56,865 nucleotides of DNA from a virus (taxonomy: Duplodnaviria; Heunggongvirae; Uroviricota; Caudoviricetes): IMG/VR virus record IMGVR_UViG_2938655777_000006, positions 144,983-201,847 of that record; one strand, given 5' to 3'. Positions 29,094-38,922 of the stretch are shown here, piece by piece. A program made the translations under genes and the position numbers. How positions within the stretch are numbered: position 1 is the first letter of the stretch; each line of letters starts with the position of its first letter. Below the pieces are notes generated by a model, which saw only the letters and a program-made list of their open reading frames with translations, had not been told where the DNA came from and made no database searches.

Positions 29094-29383
29094 GGCAATC
29101 ATCCTTTCGTTTGGAAATAAAAAAAGAGCCGCAAGAAAGGTGCTTTCTTGCGGCTCTAATCCATACGAGGAAATACGGCCCCATTCCAAGGGGCCGTATG
29201 ACTGTCCGGAGAGGGAGCGCAAACGAAACGCAGAGCTTTCTTGCAGAGATGAAATAAAACGACCACAGCCGATCGCTGAGTCCGTTCTTTTCGTGATCTC
29301 GAAGCAAGAAAGTCCTACATGTATCCGTTCAACTCCCATCATCAAATTACATTCAGTTTATCACAATGGTAATTTAACTACAA
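29094..29383 (-). promoter_or_regulatory. lsa promoter and attenuator leader
   Basis: TTGTAG-17-TAAACT at 29383-29355; terminator GAGCCGCAAGAAAG...CTTTCTTGCGGCTC plus T tract at 29156-29119 before the start codon. Confidence 0.75.
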
Positions 29384-29587
29384 CCTGCGTAGTCTCGTTC
29401 GTAGGTCGACATGCTCCTTAGGTTGATTACTGTTATTCAACTATCCTGCTCGTTCGTATTAGCTTAATAACATATGGGTTTTTAAAATCCGTAGCGTTAT
29501 AGCAGCAGAACCAATTTAAGATATAAGTATGAAAGCCTCTGATAACTCAGGGGCTTATTTTGCGTGCAAAGAAAGGTGAGATCAGTA

Positions 29588-30331
29588 ATGGATATACTTA
29601 CAATTCACGGAGTAAGAGGGTTTATTGATGGTAACGGCACGGCGCAATTGAATTTAGAAGATGTTTCTCGCGGGTTGGGTTTTACTCAAAGAGCTGCGAG
29701 TGGAAATGAGGTTGTGCGCTGGGAGAGAGTAAATAAGCACTTGTCGGAATTTGGGTTCATCCCCACAAGTGGGGACGCTGATTCTTCCCAACAAGCTGGG
29801 AAAGGGGATTATATTCCTGAAAACATCTTTTACCGCTTGGCGATGAAGGCAAGAAACGAAGTAGCTGAAGCATTTCAGGCCAAGGTAGCTGATGAAATAC
29901 TGCCGTCAATCAGGAAGCATGGAATATATGCTACGGACAATGTGATTGATAATATCCTTAATAATCCTGACTTTGGAATTGAACTACTTACTAAGCTCAA
30001 GGAAGAACGCGCTGCCAGAGTACAGGCGGAAAGGACAAATGCAATCCTAATGCATGTAAACAAAACGTATACGGCTACGGAGATTGCCAAGGAACTCGGA
30101 TTTAAGTCAGCAATTGCGCTTAACCATGATTTAGGCAATCGAAAGATTCAATTCAGACAGAATGATACATGGCTACTGTACAGCAGATACGCAGATTGTG
30201 GTTATGTTGAAATCAAACAAGAAGTTCTTGATAACGGAAAAGTGATCTATCACCGTAGATTTACTCAGTTAGGTCGTGAATGGCTTTTGAAAATTTATAA
30301 TAAGGAACAATCAAAGGCATCTGTAAGTTAA
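29588..30331 (+). CDS. Phage antirepressor (Bro-N-like plus KilAC-like)
   Basis: LEDVSRGLGF, IPENIFYRLAMKA, ILPSIRKHGIY, YTATEIAKELG. Confidence 0.85.
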   Translation: MDILTIHGVRGFIDGNGTAQLNLEDVSRGLGFTQRAASGNEVVRWERVNKHLSEFGFIPTSGDADSSQQAGKGDYIPENIFYRLAMKARNEVAEAFQAKVADEILPSIRKHGIYATDNVIDNILNNPDFGIELLTKLKEERAARVQAERTNAILMHVNKTYTATEIAKELGFKSAIALNHDLGNRKIQFRQNDTWLLYSRYADCGYVEIKQEVLDNGKVIYHRRFTQLGREWLLKIYNKEQSKASVS

Positions 30332-30369
30332 AGGTGTCTTTTTTGCTGTCCAAGGAGGTGATGAAACCC

Positions 30370-30591
30370 ATGGCAAAAATAAAATCTACATTGGATATAC
30401 AACTAGATCTAACCAGACCTGTTGAGGATTTGACTGAGGTCATTTCCGCTGTAATTGCTTCACAGCCACATAAACGTAAAGAAATACTTAAGGGGTTGGA
30501 TATAGCTGTAGGGAATGCATTAGCAGAGATACAGACCCAAGAAGAAAAGGAACAGAAAGTAGACGATGATAGCTCAGGAAAAGTTTCCTGA
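30370..30591 (+). CDS. Small conserved-looking phage protein upstream of holin
   Basis: AAGGAGGTG RBS; ORF track. Confidence 0.6.
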   Translation: MAKIKSTLDIQLDLTRPVEDLTEVISAVIASQPHKRKEILKGLDIAVGNALAEIQTQEEKEQKVDDDSSGKVS

Positions 30592-30613
30592 ACGGAGAGA
30601 CGGGGGAAGTAAG

Positions 30614-31066
30614 GTGGATAAGTGGGAGGTTTTTAAGTTCAGTACTGCTTTAGGAAGCAGCGCTGTGACGTATTTTTACGGTGGGTGGTCGGGAGTATTG
30701 GGGGTGTTACTTGCTCTGGTCATTATTGATTATGTGACTGGATTATTTGCCGCTGGCGCAGAAGGTAAGAAGGGGACCGGACCCGGTTTAAAAAGTAAGA
30801 TTGGTCTTATCGGTATAGCTCGAAAGGTATTTATTTTTGCAATGGTAGCAGTATCCCATCTAATTGATGGAGTCTTAGGCGATTCGCACCTATTCCGGGA
30901 TGCAGTCGCCTATTTTTATATGGCAAATGAGCTGCTGTCCATTTTGGAGAATGGCGGCAGACTCGGCGCTCCTATCCCGCCTGTGATCCGACAGGCCGTA
31001 GAAGTTTTAAAAAGTAAAAGTGGTAAGGAAGGAGAGAAAGAGGATGCAACGACGAAACAGCCGTAA
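30614..31066 (+). CDS. Holin (toxin secretion/phage lysis family)
   Basis: DYVTG, KIGLIGIARKV, NELLSILEN. Confidence 0.9.
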   Translation: MDKWEVFKFSTALGSSAVTYFYGGWSGVLGVLLALVIIDYVTGLFAAGAEGKKGTGPGLKSKIGLIGIARKVFIFAMVAVSHLIDGVLGDSHLFRDAVAYFYMANELLSILENGGRLGAPIPPVIRQAVEVLKSKSGKEGEKEDATTKQP

Positions 31067-32039
31067 TGCCCAAGGAATAGACGTATCCCGTTATCAAGGA
31101 AAGATTGATTGGAAGGCGGTCAAGGCAAGCGGCATTTCCTTTGCCTTTATTAAGGCCAGTCAGGGTAAGTCATACCGCGACAAAACATTCATCGGTAATG
31201 CACAGACTGCACGAGCTGTCGGAGTCCTGGTCGGGGCTTATCACTATGTAGACGATTCTGCGAAAACGCCAGAAGATGCCCGAAAGGAAGCTGCAAACTT
31301 TGTAAGTGCCATTGATTCAGCCGGAGGCATTGCAGCTTTTGATCTACCACCTGTTATGGATTATGAGTCCAACAAATCCGGTTTGAGCAAAGCAGCTCTT
31401 ACAGCCGTAGCTAAGGCCTTTTTACAGGAAGTTGAACGACTTACGGGTGTACGACCTATCGTGTACACTTATCCGTCATTCATCGGTAATTTTACTGGTT
31501 TGTCAGATTATCCGTTATGGATTGCCCGATACAGCGCTACACAAGTTCCGTCCGGCGCGTCCGGATGGTCACGCTGGGACTTCTGGCAGTATAGCGATGG
31601 CTCGGCTGGTGGTATACTGCCGTCGGGTATACGTAAGGTGGCTGGCATCGCCGGTCCTGTCGATCTTAATGAATTTGACGGTACAGCGGATGAACTGCGG
31701 ATGCGGTTCAGTAAGAAGCCTTCCGTACCCAAAGCAGAGACTGCGACTGCTAAGGAAGGATCATTCCAGATTAACGAAGAGGATGCGGGTAAGGCGTTCC
31801 TGTTTGACGGCAAGACCTACGTACCACTGCGTACGCTGGCTAACGCACTTGGTATCCCTTTACGTTGGGACAATGCTAAAAAGGTAGCATATCTGAATAA
31901 TCGCAAATTGCAATCAGTTAAATTGGTTGAGGGAATTGCTTATGTTCAGCTGCGTCCAATCGCAGAATCTTATGGAGCAGAGATTTCATGGAATACCAAA
32001 AATAGAATTGCTGGTCTGAAAACGAAAGGGGATAAATAA
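31044..32039 (+). CDS. GH25 endolysin with C-terminal copper-amine-oxidase-like wall-binding domain
   Basis: GIDVSRYQG, FIKASQG, GAYHY, MDYE, LWIARY, WQYS, VDLN. Confidence 0.93.
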   Translation: MQRRNSRNAQGIDVSRYQGKIDWKAVKASGISFAFIKASQGKSYRDKTFIGNAQTARAVGVLVGAYHYVDDSAKTPEDARKEAANFVSAIDSAGGIAAFDLPPVMDYESNKSGLSKAALTAVAKAFLQEVERLTGVRPIVYTYPSFIGNFTGLSDYPLWIARYSATQVPSGASGWSRWDFWQYSDGSAGGILPSGIRKVAGIAGPVDLNEFDGTADELRMRFSKKPSVPKAETATAKEGSFQINEEDAGKAFLFDGKTYVPLRTLANALGIPLRWDNAKKVAYLNNRKLQSVKLVEGIAYVQLRPIAESYGAEISWNTKNRIAGLKTKGDK

Positions 32040-32041
32040 TC

Positions 32042-32608
32042 ATGCAAACACAAACCATTATTGAAAATGTACAACCTTACGTAAATACTATCGTCACAGC
32101 CGCTGCGGGTGTGCTTACAGCGTTTGTTTTAGGAGGTCTGAACAAACTCAAAACTAAGGTTAACGTGTGGTTAGAAGCTCGTACAACGGCAGCGCAACGT
32201 GAAGTGATTCATAAAGTAGCAGGGGAGGCTTTTGCACTTGCTCAGACTACGTTTAAAGAAGCTGGCGGGATCCGCAAGATGCAAGAGGCTTTACAGTACG
32301 CATCCTTGCGATTGACGGAACAGGGTATTGTGGTATCGCCTACGGAGTTGCAAGCGGCGATTGAGAAAGCATACCTTGAATACAAATCCAAGACAAAGAC
32401 AGTGCTGGCTACCGAAGCTCAGCCAAATGAAGGGGCGACACAGGCCGCAGCTAAAGAAGCTGTATCTGGCCTGGCTGCAAAGCTTAATGATTTCTTGGCA
32501 CAGGCTACGGCGGAGGTATCCAATACCGTTCCTGTTAAGGTGCAATATGAAGCTGAGGCTATTCCAATATCGATAGGAGATGTTCAAGTGCACCCATCCA
32601 CTGAATAG
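32042..32608 (+). CDS. Second holin-like protein (LL-H type)
   Basis: N-terminal TM; AQTTF...KMQEALQY...IEKAYLE. Confidence 0.7.
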   Translation: MQTQTIIENVQPYVNTIVTAAAGVLTAFVLGGLNKLKTKVNVWLEARTTAAQREVIHKVAGEAFALAQTTFKEAGGIRKMQEALQYASLRLTEQGIVVSPTELQAAIEKAYLEYKSKTKTVLATEAQPNEGATQAAAKEAVSGLAAKLNDFLAQATAEVSNTVPVKVQYEAEAIPISIGDVQVHPSTE

Positions 32609-33079
32609 AGCAATAGAACTGTTGCTCAATCTAAAATGTGAAGAGCTACTGTGCACATTATTTTTTGAGTGGATAGCAATATGGTTATCTAAGTAACTGG
32701 TGTAATCGGTGTATTTGAGGCGGTGATTTCGTACATCTTGGTCGAGGCTTGTGTGGATGGGAAGTCGGCTGGAGTTACGGGGACTGACTAGCTTGAATAA
32801 TCGTAACCATTAGTAGGGTCAGTTAATTTGCTGAATCAGCTGGCAGCTTTCCTTAAGAATATAGCGCCTCCTGATCATTTACAATGAATTTAAAGAGGCG
32901 CTTTATATTTACATTTTTTATAATTAACAGTACAACTACCTATTATGTTATTGTTACTTTTCTCATTGTTGTTGACTAGCCAACTCTGGCCTGTAACAAA
33001 GCCTCTCAGCAACCGTTTTTCAGTAGTATACTTTGAAACACTAAAAGCTCCTTTTCGTCATCAGACAATTAAACGCGTA

Positions 33080-33544
33080 CTAGTAAGCAACAGATCTGTC
33101 CACTACTTCTAAGCGAATGTTTTTGATAGACACCTGCCATGAGTTAGCTTCTATCTTAACGTACCGGATATGGCTCACTTCTGGGTGTTTACTCTTGTAT
33201 ATTGTCCAAGGAATAGTGTAAACACCATCATATCTATCATAATACAACGGTGTCGAATCCTCTAAGTACCATTTTACTCCATCCTGAGAATAGTACAGGG
33301 AAACCCACTCAGGACGATCTCCAGTATTTTCTGTTTTCGCATTGTAAACACTCTTTATGCTATACATGTCTCGCGGAACTCCAGGATCTCCTAGGTCAAA
33401 GGTGTAAGACGTACCTCCATCTTTAACTTCCCACGTTTGGCCTACATGGTAGGTATCTGCCGAAACTGTTTCAGGATAACTAGGAAGAATGGTGACTAAA
33501 GTAATCATTGCCATTAATAAAATTGAAAACCATTTATTTCTCAT
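33080..33544 (-). CDS. Secreted hypothetical protein
   Basis: Signal peptide ending VSA; beta-rich mature domain. Confidence 0.7.
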   Translation of the reverse strand: MRNKWFSILLMAMITLVTILPSYPETVSADTYHVGQTWEVKDGGTSYTFDLGDPGVPRDMYSIKSVYNAKTENTGDRPEWVSLYYSQDGVKWYLEDSTPLYYDRYDGVYTIPWTIYKSKHPEVSHIRYVKIEANSWQVSIKNIRLEVVDRSVAY

Positions 33545-33965
33545 TTAATTTCATCCTCTCAAGTTGTTCCCGCCTTAGATATCTAGTTGTTTTTTTATCC
33601 TATTTTTAAAAGGCAGGTCTATTTATCAACCGGGTTATTATTTACTCTAAAATCATCGTAACTGAACAGATACGTAGTGTGGTAAGTCACGTCACTGTCT
33701 GAAGCGGCAAAGCAGTGTCTCAACGCTTACTGATTATGTTGCTAAATCTAATTAATTCCTCATTAGAGAGCCAACCCCCTGTCATATCTTAACTATATTT
33801 GTAATTATGAAGAATAAAATGTAAATTTCATATAGGAGTAAATGCCTATTTAGCATTTTGTTATGTGCATTTTTAGAAAGAACGATATTATATAGAAGCA
33901 TCAGTGACACCCTGCTGGCATACGCTGGTGGGGTATTTTTCTGTTTTATAGGGGGAGGAATACAT

Positions 33966-34412
33966 ATGTTTAGATGGATATTTACCGTGTTGATTACAAT
34001 CCTATTAGCTGGCTGCAGCGTACAACAAGACGTTGTAAAGACCACTGAGAGCGACCCTGTAGCCGTTCCGGTAACGCAGGTATCTGCCGATACAGTCAAG
34101 CTGGAATTTTCGTCAGCCAAGTACCCAGAAACAGCACAGCACATCAAGGAGGCCATTGCAGCCGGAAAGTCACCAGTATGCACCATAGACCGTGAAGGAG
34201 CCGACCATAATCGTGAGTTGTCATTGAAAGGTGTACCCACCAAGAAGGGCAAGGATAGGGACGAGTGGCCTATGGCCATGTGCGCGGAAGGTGGGAAGGG
34301 TGCAGACATTAAGTACATAAGTCCAAAGGATAATCGTGGAGCTGGATCATGGGTAGGTCACAAATTAGATAAGTATGAGGATGGCACAAAGGTGAGGTTT
34401 ATTGTGAAATAA
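33966..34412 (+). CDS. NucA/NucB-family DNase, predicted lipoprotein
   Basis: LAGC lipobox; [40 protein letters not shown]. Confidence 0.9.
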   Translation: MFRWIFTVLITILLAGCSVQQDVVKTTESDPVAVPVTQVSADTVKLEFSSAKYPETAQHIKEAIAAGKSPVCTIDREGADHNRELSLKGVPTKKGKDRDEWPMAMCAEGGKGADIKYISPKDNRGAGSWVGHKLDKYEDGTKVRFIVK

Positions 34413-34586
34413 GGATGAGAGACTCTACTGGTTATCAGCCAATAGAGTCTTTTTTTATACCCATTAAAAAATAATTATGCAAATATTTAGATTATATTTA
34501 TAGATCAGCAAGTTTATGTTTAGACACATTTTTAGAATTAGATTACCTTAGTAATTGTTCAACAAACCCTAGTAGGAGGAATTCTT

Positions 34587-35642
34587 GTGAAGATAAATTT
34601 TATGAAAAAGATAAGTATTTTGTTAGGTGTTTTATTGTTTGCAACGAGCTTGATTTTAAATTCAAATACGTCTGCAGCGTCGATCGGTGAGAGATTACCT
34701 TCTGCCGAAGAAGGTTGGGAAAGATATGACGATATGGATCCTGCCATTAAGTATGAAGGTAATGGATGGGCAGATGTTACAGATGACCCTAATACTTATG
34801 CAAAAACAGGTCACTATATGAAACTATCTGGAGCAACAACAAATGCCATAAAATTCAAATTCTACGGAACTAAATTGCGAATTATTGATCTATATTGGAC
34901 CAATAGGGTAAACAATGTGACCATAGAAATTGATGGCAAAGTTTCGACATATAATCCAAATAATCCTGCAAATCTGTATCAAGTACTTGTGTTTGAAGCC
35001 TTAGATCTACAACCCGCTGTTCATGAAGTAAAGTTAACTACGAATAGCACAAATAATATATTTTCGCTTGATGCAATAGATACTGATGGAAAATTGGTTG
35101 ATATCTACACTCCCATGAATCTTGTAGCCTCCCCTGGAGACGGTCAAGTTACATTAAACTGGGGGCAGGTTCAAGAAGCTGATGGCTACACAGTCAAATA
35201 TGGAACAGAATCAGGGAAATATACTGAAACTGCCACAGCTACAAAAGACGTATATGGAAACTTCGTCATCCCAGGTCTGACCAACGGAACGAAGTACTAC
35301 TTTGTTGTAAGTGCTAAAGCAAATGGTGTGGATTCAGAATACTCCAATGAAGCTTCAGCAACTCCGCAAGGTGGGGGCGGCCAAACTGACCCTGAGCAGC
35401 CAACGGGCAACCGTGCTATTCTGGTAGTCACCATGACAACTGGCTTAGAAAAGGAATTCGACCTAAGCATAAAAGAGGTCAATGACTTTATCTCTTGGTA
35501 CGAAGGCAAACAGGCTGGTTCTGGATCAGCATCCTATGCGATCAATAAACATGATAACAATAAAGGCCCATTCAGCAGCCGAAAGGATTATATGCTGTAT
35601 GATCGTATCTTAACGTTTGAAGTAAGTGAATACTCTAAATAA
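34587..35642 (+). CDS. Secreted modular protein: N-terminal beta domain, Fn3, constant C-terminal module
   Basis: Signal peptide; LVASPGDGQVTLNW...YYFVVSA Fn3; C-terminal ~80 aa shared with 53082-53323. Confidence 0.85.
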   Translation: MKINFMKKISILLGVLLFATSLILNSNTSAASIGERLPSAEEGWERYDDMDPAIKYEGNGWADVTDDPNTYAKTGHYMKLSGATTNAIKFKFYGTKLRIIDLYWTNRVNNVTIEIDGKVSTYNPNNPANLYQVLVFEALDLQPAVHEVKLTTNSTNNIFSLDAIDTDGKLVDIYTPMNLVASPGDGQVTLNWGQVQEADGYTVKYGTESGKYTETATATKDVYGNFVIPGLTNGTKYYFVVSAKANGVDSEYSNEASATPQGGGGQTDPEQPTGNRAILVVTMTTGLEKEFDLSIKEVNDFISWYEGKQAGSGSASYAINKHDNNKGPFSSRKDYMLYDRILTFEVSEYSK

Positions 35643-35678
35643 AGCAATCCCCGCTGGCCAGTTAATCGTTAAATAGTG

Positions 35679-35717
35679 AAAAGCCCAGCTAATCCCATTA
35701 AGGTTAGCTGGGCTTTT
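35679..35717. terminator. Bidirectional-type terminator
   Basis: AAAAGCCCAGCTAA...TTAGCTGGGCTTTT. Confidence 0.75.
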
Positions 35718-35857
35718 GCTAGACAATAAGTATGGCACCATTGCTCCGTAAATAAAGAACATATTTAGTAACAATTTTCGGAGATGGCGGGTGTGCTGAA
35801 GCTATATGACTTGATGCTCTCTGAGGTGCGACAGTGGGTGGGTTTAGATCAAAACCC

Positions 35858-35974
35858 GTTAAACTAACGAGATAGATAAATCTTTGGGTTGCGAAATTGT
35901 TTCCAATTTCGTTCATCTCTGAATTGAACTACTTTTGACATTAAATCTTTTATCTGATCTTCGTAGGGTGACAT
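35858..35974 (-). pseudogene. Truncated MazG-like nucleotide pyrophosphohydrolase
   Basis: MSPYEDQIKDLMSKVVQFRDERNWKQFRNPK, then after a 1-nt shift LSISLV; truncated. Confidence 0.7.
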
Positions 35975-36094
35975 AGCTCTTTCTCCGCTCTCTGTTTTAT
36001 TTTGCTGAACTCTATTGACATCAACCGTAATAATCACAAATAATTAATTTAGATTTACTAACATTGTAATATAAATAGATACAGAAATGAGTAG

Positions 36095-37810
36095 ATGTCT
36101 TTGAAATACGGAATAATGAATCTGCCTCTATACGTAAATAGTAGCAGCACAAACCAAAATTGTATTCATGATCTTTGTCAAAGTGAACAAGATATATTAG
36201 ATAAAGGCTTTGTCACTTATATCTACTATAATCTAAAGAAAAAAACAGTATACATAGGCGAAACAAAGCATTTTTGGGTACGTCACGACCAGCACATTCA
36301 TGAAAGCCATTTCAATGATGGCGAATTTACCAATTGCTTAATTGTTTACAATGCAAGCTTCTTTACCGAGTCCCATATCAAAGATTTGGAGTTCATGATA
36401 ATTAACCATATGCTTGCGGAAACAGACGAAACGAAGTTCAAGATATATAACCGAAATAATGGACAACCTCAACCGCAATACAGCGAGCATCACAAAGTGG
36501 AGCAAGAAGTATTTGTGAAGCTGTGGGGAAACGAATTATATAATCAAGGATTAGTACATACAAACGATCTAGAAAGAATTAGGCAGAAGATTATTTTCAA
36601 ATACTCCCCTTTCACTCAACTGAGCAAACAACAATCTGATATTGAGGAAAGAGTAATTCAAGATCCTCGTAATAAGTATCTAATTGAGGGTGGAGCTGGA
36701 ACTGGAAAAACAGTTCTCATGATGTCGCTTATGTATAGGTTGATCAACAAAAATCCAGATATGAAGATAGGTTTGATCACTACAAGCAACCTACTCGACA
36801 AGTTTAATCGAATTTTAAAGCAATTGAATTTGAAAAATAAACTTACCTTTGTTCGAGCTGGCAAGGCTATTGAGGAAGCACGCAAGAGTAATAGTCACTA
36901 CGATATCATCTTAGTTGACGAAGCACATCGTTTGCAAAGATACTACCCCAAAGGACACCCAGAATCTAAAAAACATTTCGACAAGAGTCAGCCTGAGATT
37001 AACGAAATCCACATGCTTCAAGAAATCACAGATGGACTTGTTCTCTTCTATGACCAGTTCCAGAGCATACGTCCACAAGATGTTCTTAGGGCTAACTTCA
37101 TCAAGCTCACCCAAGGATATGTAAAAGAATCTCTAAGTCAACAATATCGAATCAAGGATGACGGTTCCTTTAGTGGCAACGATTTTCTCAATGGCATCCT
37201 GTATGCTTTAGACATTGTAGATGAAATTGAATTTAATCCTAATGTCTTCGCATATCGCAACAAGGACTCTTATTTTGGAATCGTTGATTCCATTCAAGAC
37301 CTATTTAAATACATTGGAGAAATTGAACTCCGTCATGCCAATACTACAAATCGTGTTATTGCTGGTTATACTAGAGAGTGGATTTCAAACCCAAAATCAT
37401 CGCAAAATAAAGGAATAGACAAGTTTAATCTGCCTTATGATTGGGTTGAGAATGAATGCAAGTGGCGATGGAATAGCCAGTATGAAAAATGGGTTGAGAT
37501 TGAAAGTAGTAAGAATGAAATAGGCTCTATCCATGCCATTCAAGGCGCGGATATTGACCATGTCGGAATTATTATCGGCAAAGATATCGCTGTTGGTGAA
37601 AACGGGAAACTTAGAGCTATAAAAGGGAACTATAAAGATACTGGTGGTACCCCACTACTGAACGAATACAATGAACAAGAACTTACTAGTTTCATACTGA
37701 ATATATATTACGTGCTCCTCACTAGAGGAATTAGTGGATGTAGGGTTTACTTTGAAGACTCTAAAGTAAGAGAATATTTTGAAGAAAAATTATCGTCTAA
37801 AGTCATTTAA
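36095..37810 (+). CDS. GIY-YIG nuclease fused to DUF2075 (Schlafen-group-3-like) helicase
   Basis: TYIYY...VYIGET...R..QH; GGAGTGKT; VDEAHRL; IHAIQGADIDHVGIIIG. Confidence 0.85.
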   Translation: MSLKYGIMNLPLYVNSSSTNQNCIHDLCQSEQDILDKGFVTYIYYNLKKKTVYIGETKHFWVRHDQHIHESHFNDGEFTNCLIVYNASFFTESHIKDLEFMIINHMLAETDETKFKIYNRNNGQPQPQYSEHHKVEQEVFVKLWGNELYNQGLVHTNDLERIRQKIIFKYSPFTQLSKQQSDIEERVIQDPRNKYLIEGGAGTGKTVLMMSLMYRLINKNPDMKIGLITTSNLLDKFNRILKQLNLKNKLTFVRAGKAIEEARKSNSHYDIILVDEAHRLQRYYPKGHPESKKHFDKSQPEINEIHMLQEITDGLVLFYDQFQSIRPQDVLRANFIKLTQGYVKESLSQQYRIKDDGSFSGNDFLNGILYALDIVDEIEFNPNVFAYRNKDSYFGIVDSIQDLFKYIGEIELRHANTTNRVIAGYTREWISNPKSSQNKGIDKFNLPYDWVENECKWRWNSQYEKWVEIESSKNEIGSIHAIQGADIDHVGIIIGKDIAVGENGKLRAIKGNYKDTGGTPLLNEYNEQELTSFILNIYYVLLTRGISGCRVYFEDSKVREYFEEKLSSKVI

Positions 37811-37974
37811 TTGTTGATATACAGCCGATCTTTAAGGTCGGCTGTTTGGACTACATCTGTAGTTGGGTTTAGCAATGGTGTGTAATCCTAATCACAGAGG
37901 GTTCTTGATACGGACTACCATACCGACGGATATGTGAATGGCTGGAATTTAAAAGCGGTGTAAAGGAGGCGAAG

Positions 37975-38598
37975 ATGATGAATAAGAAAACATTAACTAG
38001 TATCCTTGCATTTCCATTAATAATGGCGGCTGCCTCAGTTTTTTTCTATTTAAACGCAGACAGAGTTGTCAGTGCTCAGAGTGAAACAATCGCAGCTGCT
38101 GACAAAGCCACGAATAGTCAGGTGGAGTATATCAAAATATCTGTTTCTGCAAGCACTTATTCCGATAGTTCTTATCAAATAAGAATTCGTGATCGGAAAA
38201 ACCTAAGTGAAGTTACTGAAGATTATGTGGGAGGAGTCCTACAAAATAAAATTATAGTTTCTGAAGAGGGAAGACGAATTACTTCTATAGGGAGGGATCA
38301 TGTAACGGGCAAACTTGTAGGGAACACCTGGACATTGCCCGTTAACCTGGCTAATGAAAATAAGAAAATTTTAAATATCTCTCTCATGGAAGAACAGAAA
38401 AAAGAAATGAAAGAACAAAATTGGGTGAAATCTGTGCGTCCACAATCTAATGACGCATCACTTCAAGAGGTTGTAGCAGAAACGAATCTTAAAAAAGAGA
38501 CGGTAACCATTGATACTAAAACAGGGCTCCCGGTAAAGAGAGAGGTCTTTGTGAAAATTACTGCTCCGATTAAAGAAGATAAATTATTAAAAGGGTAA
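37975..38598 (+). CDS. Exported hypothetical protein
   Basis: N-terminal hydrophobic segment; RBS AAAGGAGG. Confidence 0.65.
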   Translation: MMNKKTLTSILAFPLIMAAASVFFYLNADRVVSAQSETIAAADKATNSQVEYIKISVSASTYSDSSYQIRIRDRKNLSEVTEDYVGGVLQNKIIVSEEGRRITSIGRDHVTGKLVGNTWTLPVNLANENKKILNISLMEEQKKEMKEQNWVKSVRPQSNDASLQEVVAETNLKKETVTIDTKTGLPVKREVFVKITAPIKEDKLLKG

Positions 38599-38672
38599 TC
38601 CGAACAGTATAAGAACAAAAAGTGAAGAACAAAAAGTGAACAACAATAGTAAGAGGAAAAAGTAGTACATCA

Positions 38673-38710
38673 AAAAGCTCTGCTAACCTTAATTGGTCGG
38701 TGGAGCTTTT
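38673..38710 (+). terminator. Repeated terminator (also at 51799-51836 and 53328-53365)
   Basis: AGCTCTGCTAACCTTAATTGGTCGGT(A/G)GAG present three times. Confidence 0.8.
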
Positions 38711-38922
38711 AACGTTTCTAACAGGCCCGTGTTAGGCAGGATTATATTTCGTTTTAGCTTCTTCATATAATTTGCCGAGCTTACGAAACTCAATTGTCGT
38801 CCTTTACCACGTTGAAAATATGTTTACTATTTAATATTTTTCGTATATATTAATATTTGGAAATTAGGTTTCATAAATTTTTCCTACAAAACCAGATTAA
38901 ATTAACAAAGGAGATTATTTTA

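Noticed and set aside
29094-29345. 84-aa N-terminal extension of Lsa in the ORF track
   Set aside because: Lsa-like sequence starts at MPAIQV (29093) with its own RBS. The extension spans the attenuator and terminator and is probably a chance open frame.
35719-35916. 65-aa minus-strand ORF
   Set aside because: It is an off-frame product spanning the broken mazG fragment and an unrelated gene remnant.
38611-38660. 14-bp tandem repeat AAGAACAAAAAGTG x2 plus degenerate copies
   Set aside because: Too short and without spacers; probably slippage in an A-rich 3' region.
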